Part shown: positions 40,203 through 49,062 of the stretch, one piece after another
How positions within the stretch are numbered: position 1 is the first letter of the stretch
Layout of the letters: each line of letters begins with the position of its first letter
DNA from: a virus
Taxonomy: Duplodnaviria; Caudoviricetes
Length of the DNA stretch: 64,000 nucleotides
Reading direction: 5' to 3' (one strand)
IMG/VR virus record: IMGVR_UViG_3300030613_000008
Span: 29,508 to 93,507 of that record
Program-made: the position numbers and the translations under genes
Notes under the pieces: model-generated
Database searches by the model: none
Seen by the model: only the letters and a program-made list of their open reading frames with translations
Told to the model about the DNA's origin: nothing

Positions 40203-40232
40203 CTGAGGTGGACAAGTCGGAAGGGGATTGCA

Positions 40233-41108
40233 GTGTCGAACTATCTCGAATTTCTGTCGGCGAAAACTCACCAAGGGTGCGAACACGGATTCGAACCGCT
40301 GTGGCTACCTAAGGTGCTTGCATTTGTGTTCTTCTTTTGTGTGACATGGTCCACAGAGGGATACAAGGTTGCTCAATGCGTTGGCTTTTACGTAGGAACC
40401 ATTGGTGAAGCAGCGGAATGGTATTCGATGGTGAACATCAAGGGCACGCCTGAGTTCGGATTCCTTTCTACCACATTGTTGGCAGGAATGTCCATCGCGC
40501 CTGCGAGCCTCCCTGGATTGTCTAATCCAATTCGGTCCATAATAGTATTGTTTGCCACCTCTCCAGCAAGGATTGTTGGAAGCCCTCCAATTCTCAGATT
40601 TCCATTTACCGAAGCATGCTCTGGAACAGAATTGTCGAGTACGATCCCTAGCGTGCCAACGGGGACGCATAAAATGATCTCCGCACACTTCACACATGAC
40701 TTCGATGCGTTCATCCTTGGGGGATGCACGACCAGTGAATGCGGATGCCATACACACCCTAGAGCAGTATTTACCAAGGGCGGATGGTGGCTTATAGAAA
40801 GACTCAGAACATACTGGACATGTTTTGTAGATGCCTTTCTTGGGAGGTCCACTAATCCAGTATTTTACTCGTTTCATAAAAAGATAATTGCACAATTACA
40901 CGATCATGTCAACACACTTGCACTCGGCTCGGAGTGCTACGGCGCCGTCATCAACGGTCGCAAGGCCATCGGTATCGAACTCAAGGAATCGTACTATCGG
41001 CAGATGGTGAAGAACGTCGCCGAAGGTGCGAAGACGGGGCGCGGATCCGAGCAAGTTCTTTTGCCGGGAGTCATCCCGACCGAGCCCATGATGGAGGCTC
41101 CCGAATGA
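40233..41108 (+). pseudogene. Chimeric remnant: helicase-like N-terminus + antisense HNH + DNA methyltransferase C-terminus
   Basis: Starts MSNYLEFLSAKTHQGCEHGFEPLWLP, ends GSECYGAVINGRKAIGIELKESYYRQMVKN; middle is the reverse of an HNH gene. Confidence 0.6.
40305..40895 (-). CDS. HNH endonuclease with two Cys-rich Zn domains
   Basis: CPVC..YCSRVC, CEVC..FCSRAC, NNPCWRGG, RDGHSCQQCG..DVHH..NL..LC..CH; AT-richer; own TTGACA upstream. Confidence 0.9.
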   Translation of the reverse strand: MCNYLFMKRVKYWISGPPKKGIYKTCPVCSESFYKPPSALGKYCSRVCMASAFTGRASPKDERIEVMCEVCGDHFMRPRWHARDRTRQFCSRACFGKWKSENWRASNNPCWRGGKQYYYGPNWIRQSREARRRDGHSCQQCGRKESELRRALDVHHRIPFRCFTNGSYVKANALSNLVSLCGPCHTKEEHKCKHLR

Positions 41109-41509
41109 CCACACTCTTCGAAAAGCGCGGAAACCGCTATCACCCCGTGCGCGACACGGCGGCATGCGACGGGCTCGGGCTCGGGTCGCACGTCGTGACG
41201 GTGATGAAGACGGAGGACGGTTGCACGCTGACATCGTACCGAGGTCCAATCATCCCGGCGTTCGCGTCGGTGCTCGCGGCGATACCGTTCGCGCGAGAGG
41301 CGATGCTGTCGGCGATGGTTGCGGCGAACCGAATTGAGAGGCCCACCAACCGGACGATGACCGCGAAGCAGAAGCGCGCGTGGGCAGCGTACAAGGTGGT
41401 AATGGCCGAAGACGCGGAAGTGCCGATGTGCTTCGAGGGCGTGTCCATGCACGACGTCGTTGACGCGGGAATCAAGGCGCTCGAAGCGCAGATGGGGGTG
41501 GTGAAATGA
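41105..41509 (+). CDS. Hypothetical protein
   Basis: RBS GGAGG, ATGA overlap. Confidence 0.55.
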   Translation: MTTLFEKRGNRYHPVRDTAACDGLGLGSHVVTVMKTEDGCTLTSYRGPIIPAFASVLAAIPFAREAMLSAMVAANRIERPTNRTMTAKQKRAWAAYKVVMAEDAEVPMCFEGVSMHDVVDAGIKALEAQMGVVK

Positions 41510-41775
41510 ACCCTGCCTACATGCTCATGGTCGCGACGTTCGTCATGCTCGGTGTTGCCGTGGCGACGTGTCACGACGGGTGCGAGCCAGAAGACACGAA
41601 GTGCGACGGGACGGCGGTGGAAGAGTGCGCGAGCGACGGTGACTGGTACACGGTTGAGAACTGTGCCGACGTCGGGCCGGGCACGTGGGAGTGTTGCGAA
41701 ACGGCGCTCGTGTGGGAGGGCGCGGAGACGGCCGGTTGCGTGCCGGTCGGGGATTGCGACGGAGGTGTCAATTGA
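41506..41775 (+). CDS. Exported Cys-rich small protein (lipoprotein-like)
   Basis: Signal-like N-terminus ending VATC; Cys-rich acidic body. Confidence 0.55.
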   Translation: MNPAYMLMVATFVMLGVAVATCHDGCEPEDTKCDGTAVEECASDGDWYTVENCADVGPGTWECCETALVWEGAETAGCVPVGDCDGGVN

Positions 41776-42365
41776 CCGCGAAACTCGTTGACCTCGTAGG
41801 CAAGGTGAAGACTGGCGCGGCGGCAAAGCGGGTGTGTCTGGCGCTGGCGAAGCACTACGGCGCGTACATCAAGTACGGGCCGGAATCGGCAACGGTGCAA
41901 GCGTTGGCGGCGGCACTGGACGCGATCGGCGTGAAGGACCGGGAGTTATTTCTGCGCACCTGCGCTATCACGGTTGGCGACGTCATCTATCTGCCGTTCC
42001 GGCCCGGCCCCAATGATTGGTATCCAGAGGCGCAAGTTGCCATCGTGGCGCACGAATGCCAGCACGTGCAGCAGGGTGGTGACGCGCACCTCCTCTTCTG
42101 GCTGCGCTACTTCACCTCGAAGGCGCACCGGGCCGAATACGAGACGAGCGCGACGGCTGTCGAGATGGAGGTCTACTGGCGTCTGGCCGGGCGGTTCCTC
42201 GACGTGAAAGAGCAGGCGTCGCGGCTGTCGTGGTACGGGGTCGGCAAGGCGGACATCGCCGTGTGCGCGAAGCACCTTGCCATCGTGCAAAACACGTTGC
42301 AGCGGGGCGGAGAAGTGAGCGAGCAAATCAAGGTCATCGCGAAGGCGATAGGAGGTGGGAGATGA
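41772..42365 (+). CDS. Zincin-like metallopeptidase (HExxH)
   Basis: AITVGDVIYLP...IVAHECQHVQQ...RAEYE. Confidence 0.7.
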   Translation: MTAKLVDLVGKVKTGAAAKRVCLALAKHYGAYIKYGPESATVQALAAALDAIGVKDRELFLRTCAITVGDVIYLPFRPGPNDWYPEAQVAIVAHECQHVQQGGDAHLLFWLRYFTSKAHRAEYETSATAVEMEVYWRLAGRFLDVKEQASRLSWYGVGKADIAVCAKHLAIVQNTLQRGGEVSEQIKVIAKAIGGGR

Positions 42366-42736
42366 GCTTGGGAAAAATCATCGGGGATGCGGTGTACGTC
42401 GCTCTGTGCGAGGCGTTCGGCGAGACGCGCAAGATTAAGCGCCCGCGAGTGGTTGTGAAGCGCAAGATGGCGCGCAAGCCTCGCAAGGTTCGCGTGGTCC
42501 AGCCGCCGACCCGCCCGTTCAAGTCGGGCGAGTACGATGCCCTGGTCATCGCGGCGTGCGACACGTGGCGGACGGTTGCCGAGATGCGAAAGCGTCCCGG
42601 CCTCACTGGTGTCATCGCGTCGCGGCTGTCGACGAAATGCCTCGCCATGTTCAGGAAGGGAAAACTGAGTCGGCGCGTGCGCAGTGAGAAGCCGTTGGAG
42701 TTCGAGTATCGGGTGTTGCCGAAGGCCACGGCATGA
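42362..42736 (+). CDS. Basic winged-helix-like protein
   Basis: Lys/Arg-rich; GKLSRR..FEYR. Confidence 0.5.
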   Translation: MSLGKIIGDAVYVALCEAFGETRKIKRPRVVVKRKMARKPRKVRVVQPPTRPFKSGEYDALVIAACDTWRTVAEMRKRPGLTGVIASRLSTKCLAMFRKGKLSRRVRSEKPLEFEYRVLPKATA

Positions 42737-43278
42737 AGCGCCGTTCCCTCACGTTCGTCCCGCTTGAGCATGACGAGCAGGTCACGGTCATCAAGTGGTG
42801 TCGAGACTACGCCCGATTCCGCTGGCCCGGCCTCTGTCTGCCGAACGGCGACTTCGCGATCTACGCGACGCCGAACGGTGGTGAGCGGGTCAAGGCGGTC
42901 GCAGCTCGGCTCAAAGCGGAGGGCGTCAACTCGGGGGTGCCCGACTTGCACGTGCCGGGGCTGCGGCTGTGGGTCGAAATGAAGCGGGTAAAGGGCAGCG
43001 TCACAAGCCAAGCGCAGAAAGACTGGCACGCCTATCTGCGGAGCATCGGCGACACCGTCGTGGTAGCCAAGGGTGCGGCGGAAGCGATCAAGGCGATTAC
43101 GATTGCGGCTGGCGGACGTGTGGTCCACATCAAAACTTGCGAGGACTTCGAACGAACGTTTGGAGCGCCAGATTCGGTCACAATTCCAAAAGAAGTGATG
43201 AGATTTCTAGATGGAGACCCGCTGTCGTTATCGGTTGTGCGCGTTGTTGGAACGCCGAAGAAGGAGCCGACAAAGTGA
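42733..43278 (+). CDS. VRR-NUC domain nuclease
   Basis: EHDEQ...PNGG.R...LKAEGV.SGVPDL...EMKR...SQAQKDW. Confidence 0.85.
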   Translation: MKRRSLTFVPLEHDEQVTVIKWCRDYARFRWPGLCLPNGDFAIYATPNGGERVKAVAARLKAEGVNSGVPDLHVPGLRLWVEMKRVKGSVTSQAQKDWHAYLRSIGDTVVVAKGAAEAIKAITIAAGGRVVHIKTCEDFERTFGAPDSVTIPKEVMRFLDGDPLSLSVVRVVGTPKKEPTK

Positions 43279-43799
43279 AAGCCTTCACCGTCTACCCCTG
43301 GTACGCCTGGGCATTCTGCGCGGCCGGCAAATGTTGTGAGAACCGCACGTGGAAACCGACCCTTGCGCACGGCGAGTGGGTAGCGATTCACGCGGGCGCT
43401 CGCAAACTCGGTGGCGCGCGACACCCGAAATTCGGGGAGCTGCTAGACCTCGTGAGGGACGCGGAAGCGGCGGGGTGGGAAGCGGAAGTAACGGAGTTCG
43501 GGCGGGTGCGCTTCATCGAAACGGACGCGCTCGAACCGACGTGCCTCAAGACCGTGGCCGTCTACGATGACCGTCACTCGCCCCGTTCCGCCATCGTCGC
43601 GGTGGCTCAATACGCCGGGGCGTCGCAAGGGATACCGATGCCGTGGGGGCACGCAACGGGCTTTCAGTGGCGGTTCACGTTGGTCATGCCCTTGGTCCGG
43701 CCGGTGCCGATACGGGGCGCACAAGGGCTGTGGAAGGTTCCAAGCGGGGTGCTAGAGCAGGTCGCGGCACAAGTTCCAGCGGCCGTAATGGGGAGGTGA
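43275..43799 (+). CDS. ASCH/PUA domain protein
   Basis: KAFTVYPWYAW..GK..ENRTW..VAIHAG...PVPIRGAQGLW. Confidence 0.85.
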   Translation: MKAFTVYPWYAWAFCAAGKCCENRTWKPTLAHGEWVAIHAGARKLGGARHPKFGELLDLVRDAEAAGWEAEVTEFGRVRFIETDALEPTCLKTVAVYDDRHSPRSAIVAVAQYAGASQGIPMPWGHATGFQWRFTLVMPLVRPVPIRGAQGLWKVPSGVLEQVAAQVPAAVMGR

Positions 43800-43802
43800 G
43801 AA

Positions 43803-44069
43803 GTGAAACTGTTTAGAATCACATTGCGCGGCATGGCATCAACGATGATGGGCACACAGGTTGCCCACGGTGCGCCGTACGTCGTGGCTGAAAGCATGGA
43901 CCGCGCCTACGAGATGGTGCGCGATGAGTTGGATAGTCGCGGGCTCGGGTTCTCGAAGGAACGCGAAATCGAGAAGTGTGAATTACTCGCGGAAGAGGGG
44001 GACTATCCTTGCTGTTTGATGCCGTTGCGCGTCGACTGGCCGGGACAAGGTGAGAACGATGGACGCTGA
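43803..44069 (+). CDS. Hypothetical protein
   Basis: RBS GGAGG. Confidence 0.55.
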   Translation: MKLFRITLRGMASTMMGTQVAHGAPYVVAESMDRAYEMVRDELDSRGLGFSKEREIEKCELLAEEGDYPCCLMPLRVDWPGQGENDGR

Positions 44070-44562
44070 GAAATTCCGCCGCATCATGAACGGACTCGCC
44101 GACCAACTGGAAGCGGCGTTGCATGACGAGGCGTTGAGTGCAGGCGAAAAGCGGGTCGCGAAGACCGTGCAAGACCAGATGGACGCGGCGTATTTCGACA
44201 TGCGACACGAGGGTGTCTGTCAAGAAATCGCCGAAGAGTGCGACCGTCTCCGCGCCGAGAACGCCGAACTGCGCACCTCTCTTGCGGGCTGGGTTGCGTC
44301 GCACTCGCCGGGGCCGATGCCCGAGTGCGTGACGATAACAAACGCGGGGGAGTGGACGGACTCGGACGGGCGACCGTGCATAATCGACATGGGCACGGCA
44401 CCCGCGCCGTTCACCCTTGTCGAGACGACGAACCGAACGTGCCGGGAGTGCGAGCACTGGCGAGGCGAAAACATGTGGGTCGGGTCGCCTTGCGCGGTTG
44501 GCCTGGAAGCGGGAGAAGCGCCGACGTGTCCGAGATACCAAAGGGTTGCCGAGATACTGTGA
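44059..44562 (+). CDS. Hypothetical protein
   Basis: Coiled coil and CRECEHW. Confidence 0.5.
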   Translation: MDAEKFRRIMNGLADQLEAALHDEALSAGEKRVAKTVQDQMDAAYFDMRHEGVCQEIAEECDRLRAENAELRTSLAGWVASHSPGPMPECVTITNAGEWTDSDGRPCIIDMGTAPAPFTLVETTNRTCRECEHWRGENMWVGSPCAVGLEAGEAPTCPRYQRVAEIL

Positions 44563-44798
44563 AGCGCACGGCTCAAGTCATCGTCCGCCTGTCGCTCGCC
44601 GAGAAGACGACGCTACAGGGCAAGGCCCGCGCGGCCGGGATGACGGTATCGGATTACGCCCGGACTGCCCTGCTTTGTGACGAGGCGGGTCTAGTTGACG
44701 AATTGGGCCGGGTTCGAGCGCTAGCCGACTCCGCGCTAGAGCGGGCGAAGGAGGCCGACAGGAGGGCGCTCAGGGCGCTTACGATGGGAAATGGGTAA
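44559..44798 (+). CDS. Ribbon-helix-helix (MobC-like) protein
   Basis: VIVRLS.AEK..L..KARAAGMTVSDYAR. Confidence 0.75.
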   Translation: MKRTAQVIVRLSLAEKTTLQGKARAAGMTVSDYARTALLCDEAGLVDELGRVRALADSALERAKEADRRALRALTMGNG

Positions 44799-44801
44799 AA
44801 C

Positions 44802-45062
44802 ATGAAGATGAGTGAGAAACGAAGGTTGGAATTGTGGAGAATAACTCAAGACACACAAACCGAAATGATTGAAATACACTTCATGGAACTCCGCGAATTG
44901 CTTTGCATGGCGGAGAGGTCTGCCAGACTGGCGAGATCAGACAAGGTTCGGGCTGGCAAAGTGGGCGGACCTGCCAGGGCGGCGAAATTGTCGGCAGAGC
45001 GACGAAGCGAAATCGGCAAGATGGGAGCAGCCGCAGCGAAGAAAAACAGGCTGGAGAGATGA
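44802..45062 (+). CDS. Small protein with GGxARAAKLSxERRSEI motif
   Basis: Motif visible; AT-richer codons. Confidence 0.55.
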   Translation: MKMSEKRRLELWRITQDTQTEMIEIHFMELRELLCMAERSARLARSDKVRAGKVGGPARAAKLSAERRSEIGKMGAAAAKKNRLER

Positions 45063-45271
45063 CGCCAAAGAGAATCAAGGAAATCCGGGAGTCTCTCGAC
45101 TCCGGCTACGACAAGGTGCAATCCGCCATGGTCATTGCGGCCGAACTTCGCGACCTCCTCACCACGGCAGACGAGGCGGCACGGCTACGGGCTGAGAACG
45201 CCCAGCTAGTTGCCGCGAATGAACAGTGGCGGTGCGACGCGATAGCGCGAGAGCAGGGGCGGACGCGATGA
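45059..45271 (+). CDS. Hypothetical protein
   Basis: ATGA-coupled. Confidence 0.5.
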   Translation: MTPKRIKEIRESLDSGYDKVQSAMVIAAELRDLLTTADEAARLRAENAQLVAANEQWRCDAIAREQGRTR

Positions 45272-45510
45272 CCACGGCCCAAACCCTCTTCGGCCTCGTG
45301 TACCTCGCGATCGGCGTGGCGCTCGTCATCGGGATGGAGCGGGCGGTCAGGCGGGCGGACGTCCAGGTGGACCCCGTGGCGGGCTCGCGAGACGACGGAA
45401 TGACGGTGCTCGGGTTCCTGCTCATCGTGACGCTGTGGCCGGTGTATCTCGGGTGTAGTACAATCCTGTGGGCGCTCGCCAGAATGCGCGGGAGAGGTGA
45501 CGACCGATGA
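45268..45510 (+). CDS. Small two-TM membrane protein
   Basis: Two hydrophobic stretches. Confidence 0.55.
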   Translation: MTTAQTLFGLVYLAIGVALVIGMERAVRRADVQVDPVAGSRDDGMTVLGFLLIVTLWPVYLGCSTILWALARMRGRGDDR

Positions 45511-45851
45511 AGAAACTGAAGCCAACGACAGACAAGCCGACGGTGCCGGGCACGGACCTCGCGATACTGCCAGCGCTCGTGCCGCTTCTCGTGCCCATCG
45601 AGGACGTACACCCGGACCCGGCGAACCCACGCATCACGCGCGACCTTGACACGTTGAAGGCGAGTTTGCGTCGGTTTGGCGTGCGGAAGCCGATTGTGGC
45701 GAACTCGCGCGACGCGCGGTCCGGAAGCTCTACGGCCAGTCGTGCCGGTGGTGGTCGGACTCCGGCCTCGGGCTCTACTACGGTCAGGTGGTCGAGCGCG
45801 ACGGGAATTGCGTCACGTACCGCCTGCGCTGCGACGTCGAGTAGGCCATGA
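45507..45851 (+). pseudogene. Truncated ParB/Srx N-terminal domain fused out of frame to another gene tail
   Basis: VPIEDVHPDPANPR...LKASLRRFG..KPIVAN then loses similarity before the expected GHxR motif. Confidence 0.6.
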
Positions 45852-46570
45852 TTTACGAACCCAAGGGACGCGCCCTCGAATACTCGCCGCTGGCCTGCAA
45901 TCTGGCTGTCGGATGTGTACACAAATGCGAATATTGCTACGGCCCCGGCGCGTTTCGCGTCGCGCCCGCCGACTGGCCCACCCCGCGCTACAAGAAAAAC
46001 GCGGTGGCTGAATTCGAGAAGGACGCGGTGAAGTTCGCAGGCGACCCGCGTGACATCCTGTTCAGCTTCGCAAGCGACCCCTACATGACAGAGGAGAGCG
46101 CCGTTACGATGGCTCAAATCCTGCCTATCGCCGAAACCAACCGCCTGCGCGTCCAGGTCCTAACCAAGAACCCGGCCCGCGCGTTGGAGGTATCAGGGGA
46201 CATCCTGGCGCGCAACGGGTGGAAGCTCGGAACTACGATTATCTTCCTGTCGGAGCAGCTTCGCGCGGAGTGGGAGCCGGGTGCGCCGTCCATCGATTCG
46301 CGCCTCGGTGCGCTCGCTCGCGCGGAAGACCTCGGCATCAAGACGTGGGTGAGCATCGAGCCGGTAGTGGACGTGGACGAAGCCATCGCGGCCATCAAGG
46401 CGGTCAAGCCGCTCGCCGACTTCATCAAGGTTGGCAAGCTGAACCACCACGCGCTCTCCAAGGAGATCGACTGGGCGGATTTCCTGTGTCGCGCGAAGGA
46501 CGCGCTCGGTAGCCATCCGCATCTCATCAAGGACGACCTCAAGAAGTTCGAGAAAGCAGGCCCCGCATGA
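45848..46570 (+). CDS. Radical SAM protein (spore-photoproduct-lyase/DUF5131-like)
   Basis: GCVHKCEYCY, SDPY, VLTK, TWVSIEP. Confidence 0.85.
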   Translation: MIYEPKGRALEYSPLACNLAVGCVHKCEYCYGPGAFRVAPADWPTPRYKKNAVAEFEKDAVKFAGDPRDILFSFASDPYMTEESAVTMAQILPIAETNRLRVQVLTKNPARALEVSGDILARNGWKLGTTIIFLSEQLRAEWEPGAPSIDSRLGALARAEDLGIKTWVSIEPVVDVDEAIAAIKAVKPLADFIKVGKLNHHALSKEIDWADFLCRAKDALGSHPHLIKDDLKKFEKAGPA

Positions 46571-46947
46571 GGGTCTTCTACGGAGCCCTCCCCGTTCCTG
46601 AGCCGCAGAATCCAAAACGCGGATGGGACAAGGCATACCGCTGGAGGACACCAACTCGGAAGCCAGTTGATGGTATTCCGTTCGATCGTGTTTGGTTTTG
46701 GAAGGTACGCCTTCCCGAGCGTTATAGACAGCCGTGCCGAGTTCTAGTGCGCGGGGCAATGAACAGTTGCCTAGTAGAATTCGAGGATGGGGAACTCGTA
46801 ATAACTAGCAGTTTCGCTGTTCGCAAGGCGAAGACAATCGGGGCGAGGATGCACGGTAGGACAGTGCGGGACGGCGTGGTATGGACAAATCAGATGGAGA
46901 AGTTAGACAGTCAAAGAAAACAGGGGAAATACGGAGGTCCCGCATGA
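46567..46947 (+). CDS. Hypothetical protein, AT-richer
   Basis: CRVLVRGAMNSCLVEFEDG. Confidence 0.55.
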   Translation: MRVFYGALPVPEPQNPKRGWDKAYRWRTPTRKPVDGIPFDRVWFWKVRLPERYRQPCRVLVRGAMNSCLVEFEDGELVITSSFAVRKAKTIGARMHGRTVRDGVVWTNQMEKLDSQRKQGKYGGPA

Positions 46948-47139
46948 CCGCTCTGAACCCTCACTGCCCTTGTGGCGGCTGGGCTATCGCATCTCGGCGA
47001 CACGCTCGCCAAGACCGGCATGACCTCGCGACAGTTCGCCGAAGCCCTCGGTGCGCGGTGGACGTGCTCTTACTGCGGGGCGGCAAGCCGGGGCGAGAGG
47101 TGCGGAAACTGCGGGGGACCGCGAGAGGGGACGTGAGAG

Positions 47140-47538
47140 ATGGACACGAACGAACGCATGGAGACGGAGCGCGACGAAGCACGCGGCAACGCTCGCATTC
47201 TGGCGCACTGTTACCAGACCGACAACCGCCCGCCTGCGCAGGTCGTCAAGGAATCGCTGGCCTACCCGGTCATGTCGGCATCGGTGCTGCACTCACGCGG
47301 ATTGCCGCAAGCATCGGAGCGCCCCGCGACCGTCCTCGATGCCGTCCGAGACTACATGTCCCGCAACGGCTACGACGCGCTGCGCCGGTCGGACGATGGC
47401 GAGGGGTGCGGTTGCTGCTTGTCCAAAGGGCTGGCCCCGTGCGCGTGTGAGATGCCGTCCGATTGTGAGATGGGGCATTGGGTGGAAGAGGACAACGACG
47501 GGGACGGCGGGGCTAGGCCGGGACCGAAACCCGCTTGA
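47140..47538 (+). CDS. Hypothetical Cys-rich protein
   Basis: NGYDAL..GCGCC..LAPC. Confidence 0.55.
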   Translation: MDTNERMETERDEARGNARILAHCYQTDNRPPAQVVKESLAYPVMSASVLHSRGLPQASERPATVLDAVRDYMSRNGYDALRRSDDGEGCGCCLSKGLAPCACEMPSDCEMGHWVEEDNDGDGGARPGPKPA

Positions 47539-47570
47539 CAACGGCCACTCGCGAGCCCTACGCTGGGGGT

Positions 47571-47765
47571 GTGGAAAGGTTAAACGATTCGCTGAAAATC
47601 AATAAGATGGTCGGCGTGAAAATGCAACAATCCGACGTGGATTACCTACGTTCGCTCGCACGCGCTTTGGATAGAAGCGTGTCGTCCACGGTCCGATTGA
47701 TAATCAGAACGGCAAGGGAACGGGGAATGGCGGGGTCCGAACAACCGAGAGGAGAGAAAACATGA
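47571..47765 (+). CDS. CopG-like ribbon-helix-helix protein
   Basis: MVGVKM..LRSLA..DRSVSSTVRLII; TTGACA at 47535. Confidence 0.65.
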   Translation: MERLNDSLKINKMVGVKMQQSDVDYLRSLARALDRSVSSTVRLIIRTARERGMAGSEQPRGEKT

Positions 47766-48103
47766 TAACGAGAGAGCAGGCGATGGGGATGAGCCTTGGT
47801 GACAAGGTGTTGGCGTGGCGTCCAGGAAGGGGAGGAAATCGTTTGGCTGAAAGCACGCCGGTCGACTTTCAGTGGGGTGTATATCTGAACACACACGAAA
47901 TCCCGAACAGAGACGGCGTTGACACCGAACACCGAATTGGATTGGCGTTCTGTGATGGGGACGTCAAGTTCTTCACTCCCGAAGATGTATTTCTTTCTTT
48001 CAACGAGGCGGCCGATTTCGTCGCGTCCGACGTTGAGAGTTTTCACGTAGAGCAGAACGGCAGGGATGCGGCGTGGCAAGCATTCTTGATGGAGAAAGCA
48101 TGA
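47762..48103 (+). CDS. Hypothetical protein
   Basis: RBS AGGAG. Confidence 0.5.
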   Translation: MITREQAMGMSLGDKVLAWRPGRGGNRLAESTPVDFQWGVYLNTHEIPNRDGVDTEHRIGLAFCDGDVKFFTPEDVFLSFNEAADFVASDVESFHVEQNGRDAAWQAFLMEKA

Positions 48104-48390
48104 CAGGGACGATTCACCACACCCTAAGTCCCGCCAGTCGCCTTGCCGCCATGGACCCCGCGTTCATGGTCTGTCTTGGCGAGGCGTCCGGTACGCCGGG
48201 GCTTGTCGCGGAGTTCGACCGGCTACAGGGGGCGAACCTATCGCGGCGCGGGTGCCCTCTGGATTTGATGATAGACGACGCGACGGGACGCATGGACGCG
48301 GACCTCGCCGCGTTCGTTGAGTTCGTGCGGGAGGCCGTGTACGAGCGGTTGCCGTCGGACGCACTGGACGGACTGAGAAGGAGCGCGTAG
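48100..48390 (+). CDS. Hypothetical protein
   Basis: ATGA-coupled. Confidence 0.55.
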   Translation: MTGTIHHTLSPASRLAAMDPAFMVCLGEASGTPGLVAEFDRLQGANLSRRGCPLDLMIDDATGRMDADLAAFVEFVREAVYERLPSDALDGLRRSA

Positions 48391-48394
48391 CCGA

Positions 48395-49048
48395 ATGACG
48401 CCCGATAGAGATGACGTGTCTCCGGCCGGGGACGATGAAGACGAGCCGAACCGGCAACCCCGCAAGAAGAAAGAGAAACGTTGGACAAAGCCGCCGATGA
48501 TAACGGTTGACATGTACAACGCCCTTTGGAAGGCGTATCAGGACGAACCGGACTATCGGAAGGCGGGGAAGGCGGCCGGGGTCAGGCTGCCCGTGGCGCG
48601 GTGGTACTGCGAGGGGGACGCCTGGCCCGCCGTGGGGTTCGTGCAGCTCGCGAGTCGGCTGAGGGCGATTCAGGGGATGGTGGCGGACATCAACGACCAC
48701 GGGACGGGGAAGTGGCGCGCGGAGCAGTTGAAGGTTTTGACCGAGGGGTTGCGTACCACGGCGGCCGGTCTGGCGATTCATCAACGCGGGGTGCGGGAGA
48801 TGGCGACGAAGGTTCAGTCGGGGGAGCTCCCGGCGGAGATGGTCGTCATGTCCAAGGAGTTCGGGCTCAAGATGGTTGTCGACGCGCACAACACGCTACT
48901 CCGCGCCGCGCTCCTCACGATGGGCGAGGCGGACTCGCTGGCCGGGACGGTGGACGCGCCGCAGCGGCTCAACTTCGCCGAGTGGACGCGGGAGGAGTGC
49001 GAGGCTTACGCGGAGCGCCAGATAGTGCCGGAGAGGTTCAAAAAATAG
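48395..49048 (+). CDS. Helical HTH protein, possibly terminase small subunit
   Basis: HTH-like KAGKAAGVRL..ARWY and C-terminal FAEWTREEC; function weakly inferred. Confidence 0.35.
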   Translation: MTPDRDDVSPAGDDEDEPNRQPRKKKEKRWTKPPMITVDMYNALWKAYQDEPDYRKAGKAAGVRLPVARWYCEGDAWPAVGFVQLASRLRAIQGMVADINDHGTGKWRAEQLKVLTEGLRTTAAGLAIHQRGVREMATKVQSGELPAEMVVMSKEFGLKMVVDAHNTLLRAALLTMGEADSLAGTVDAPQRLNFAEWTREECEAYAERQIVPERFKK

Positions 49049-49062
49049 AAGGAAGGGGAAAG

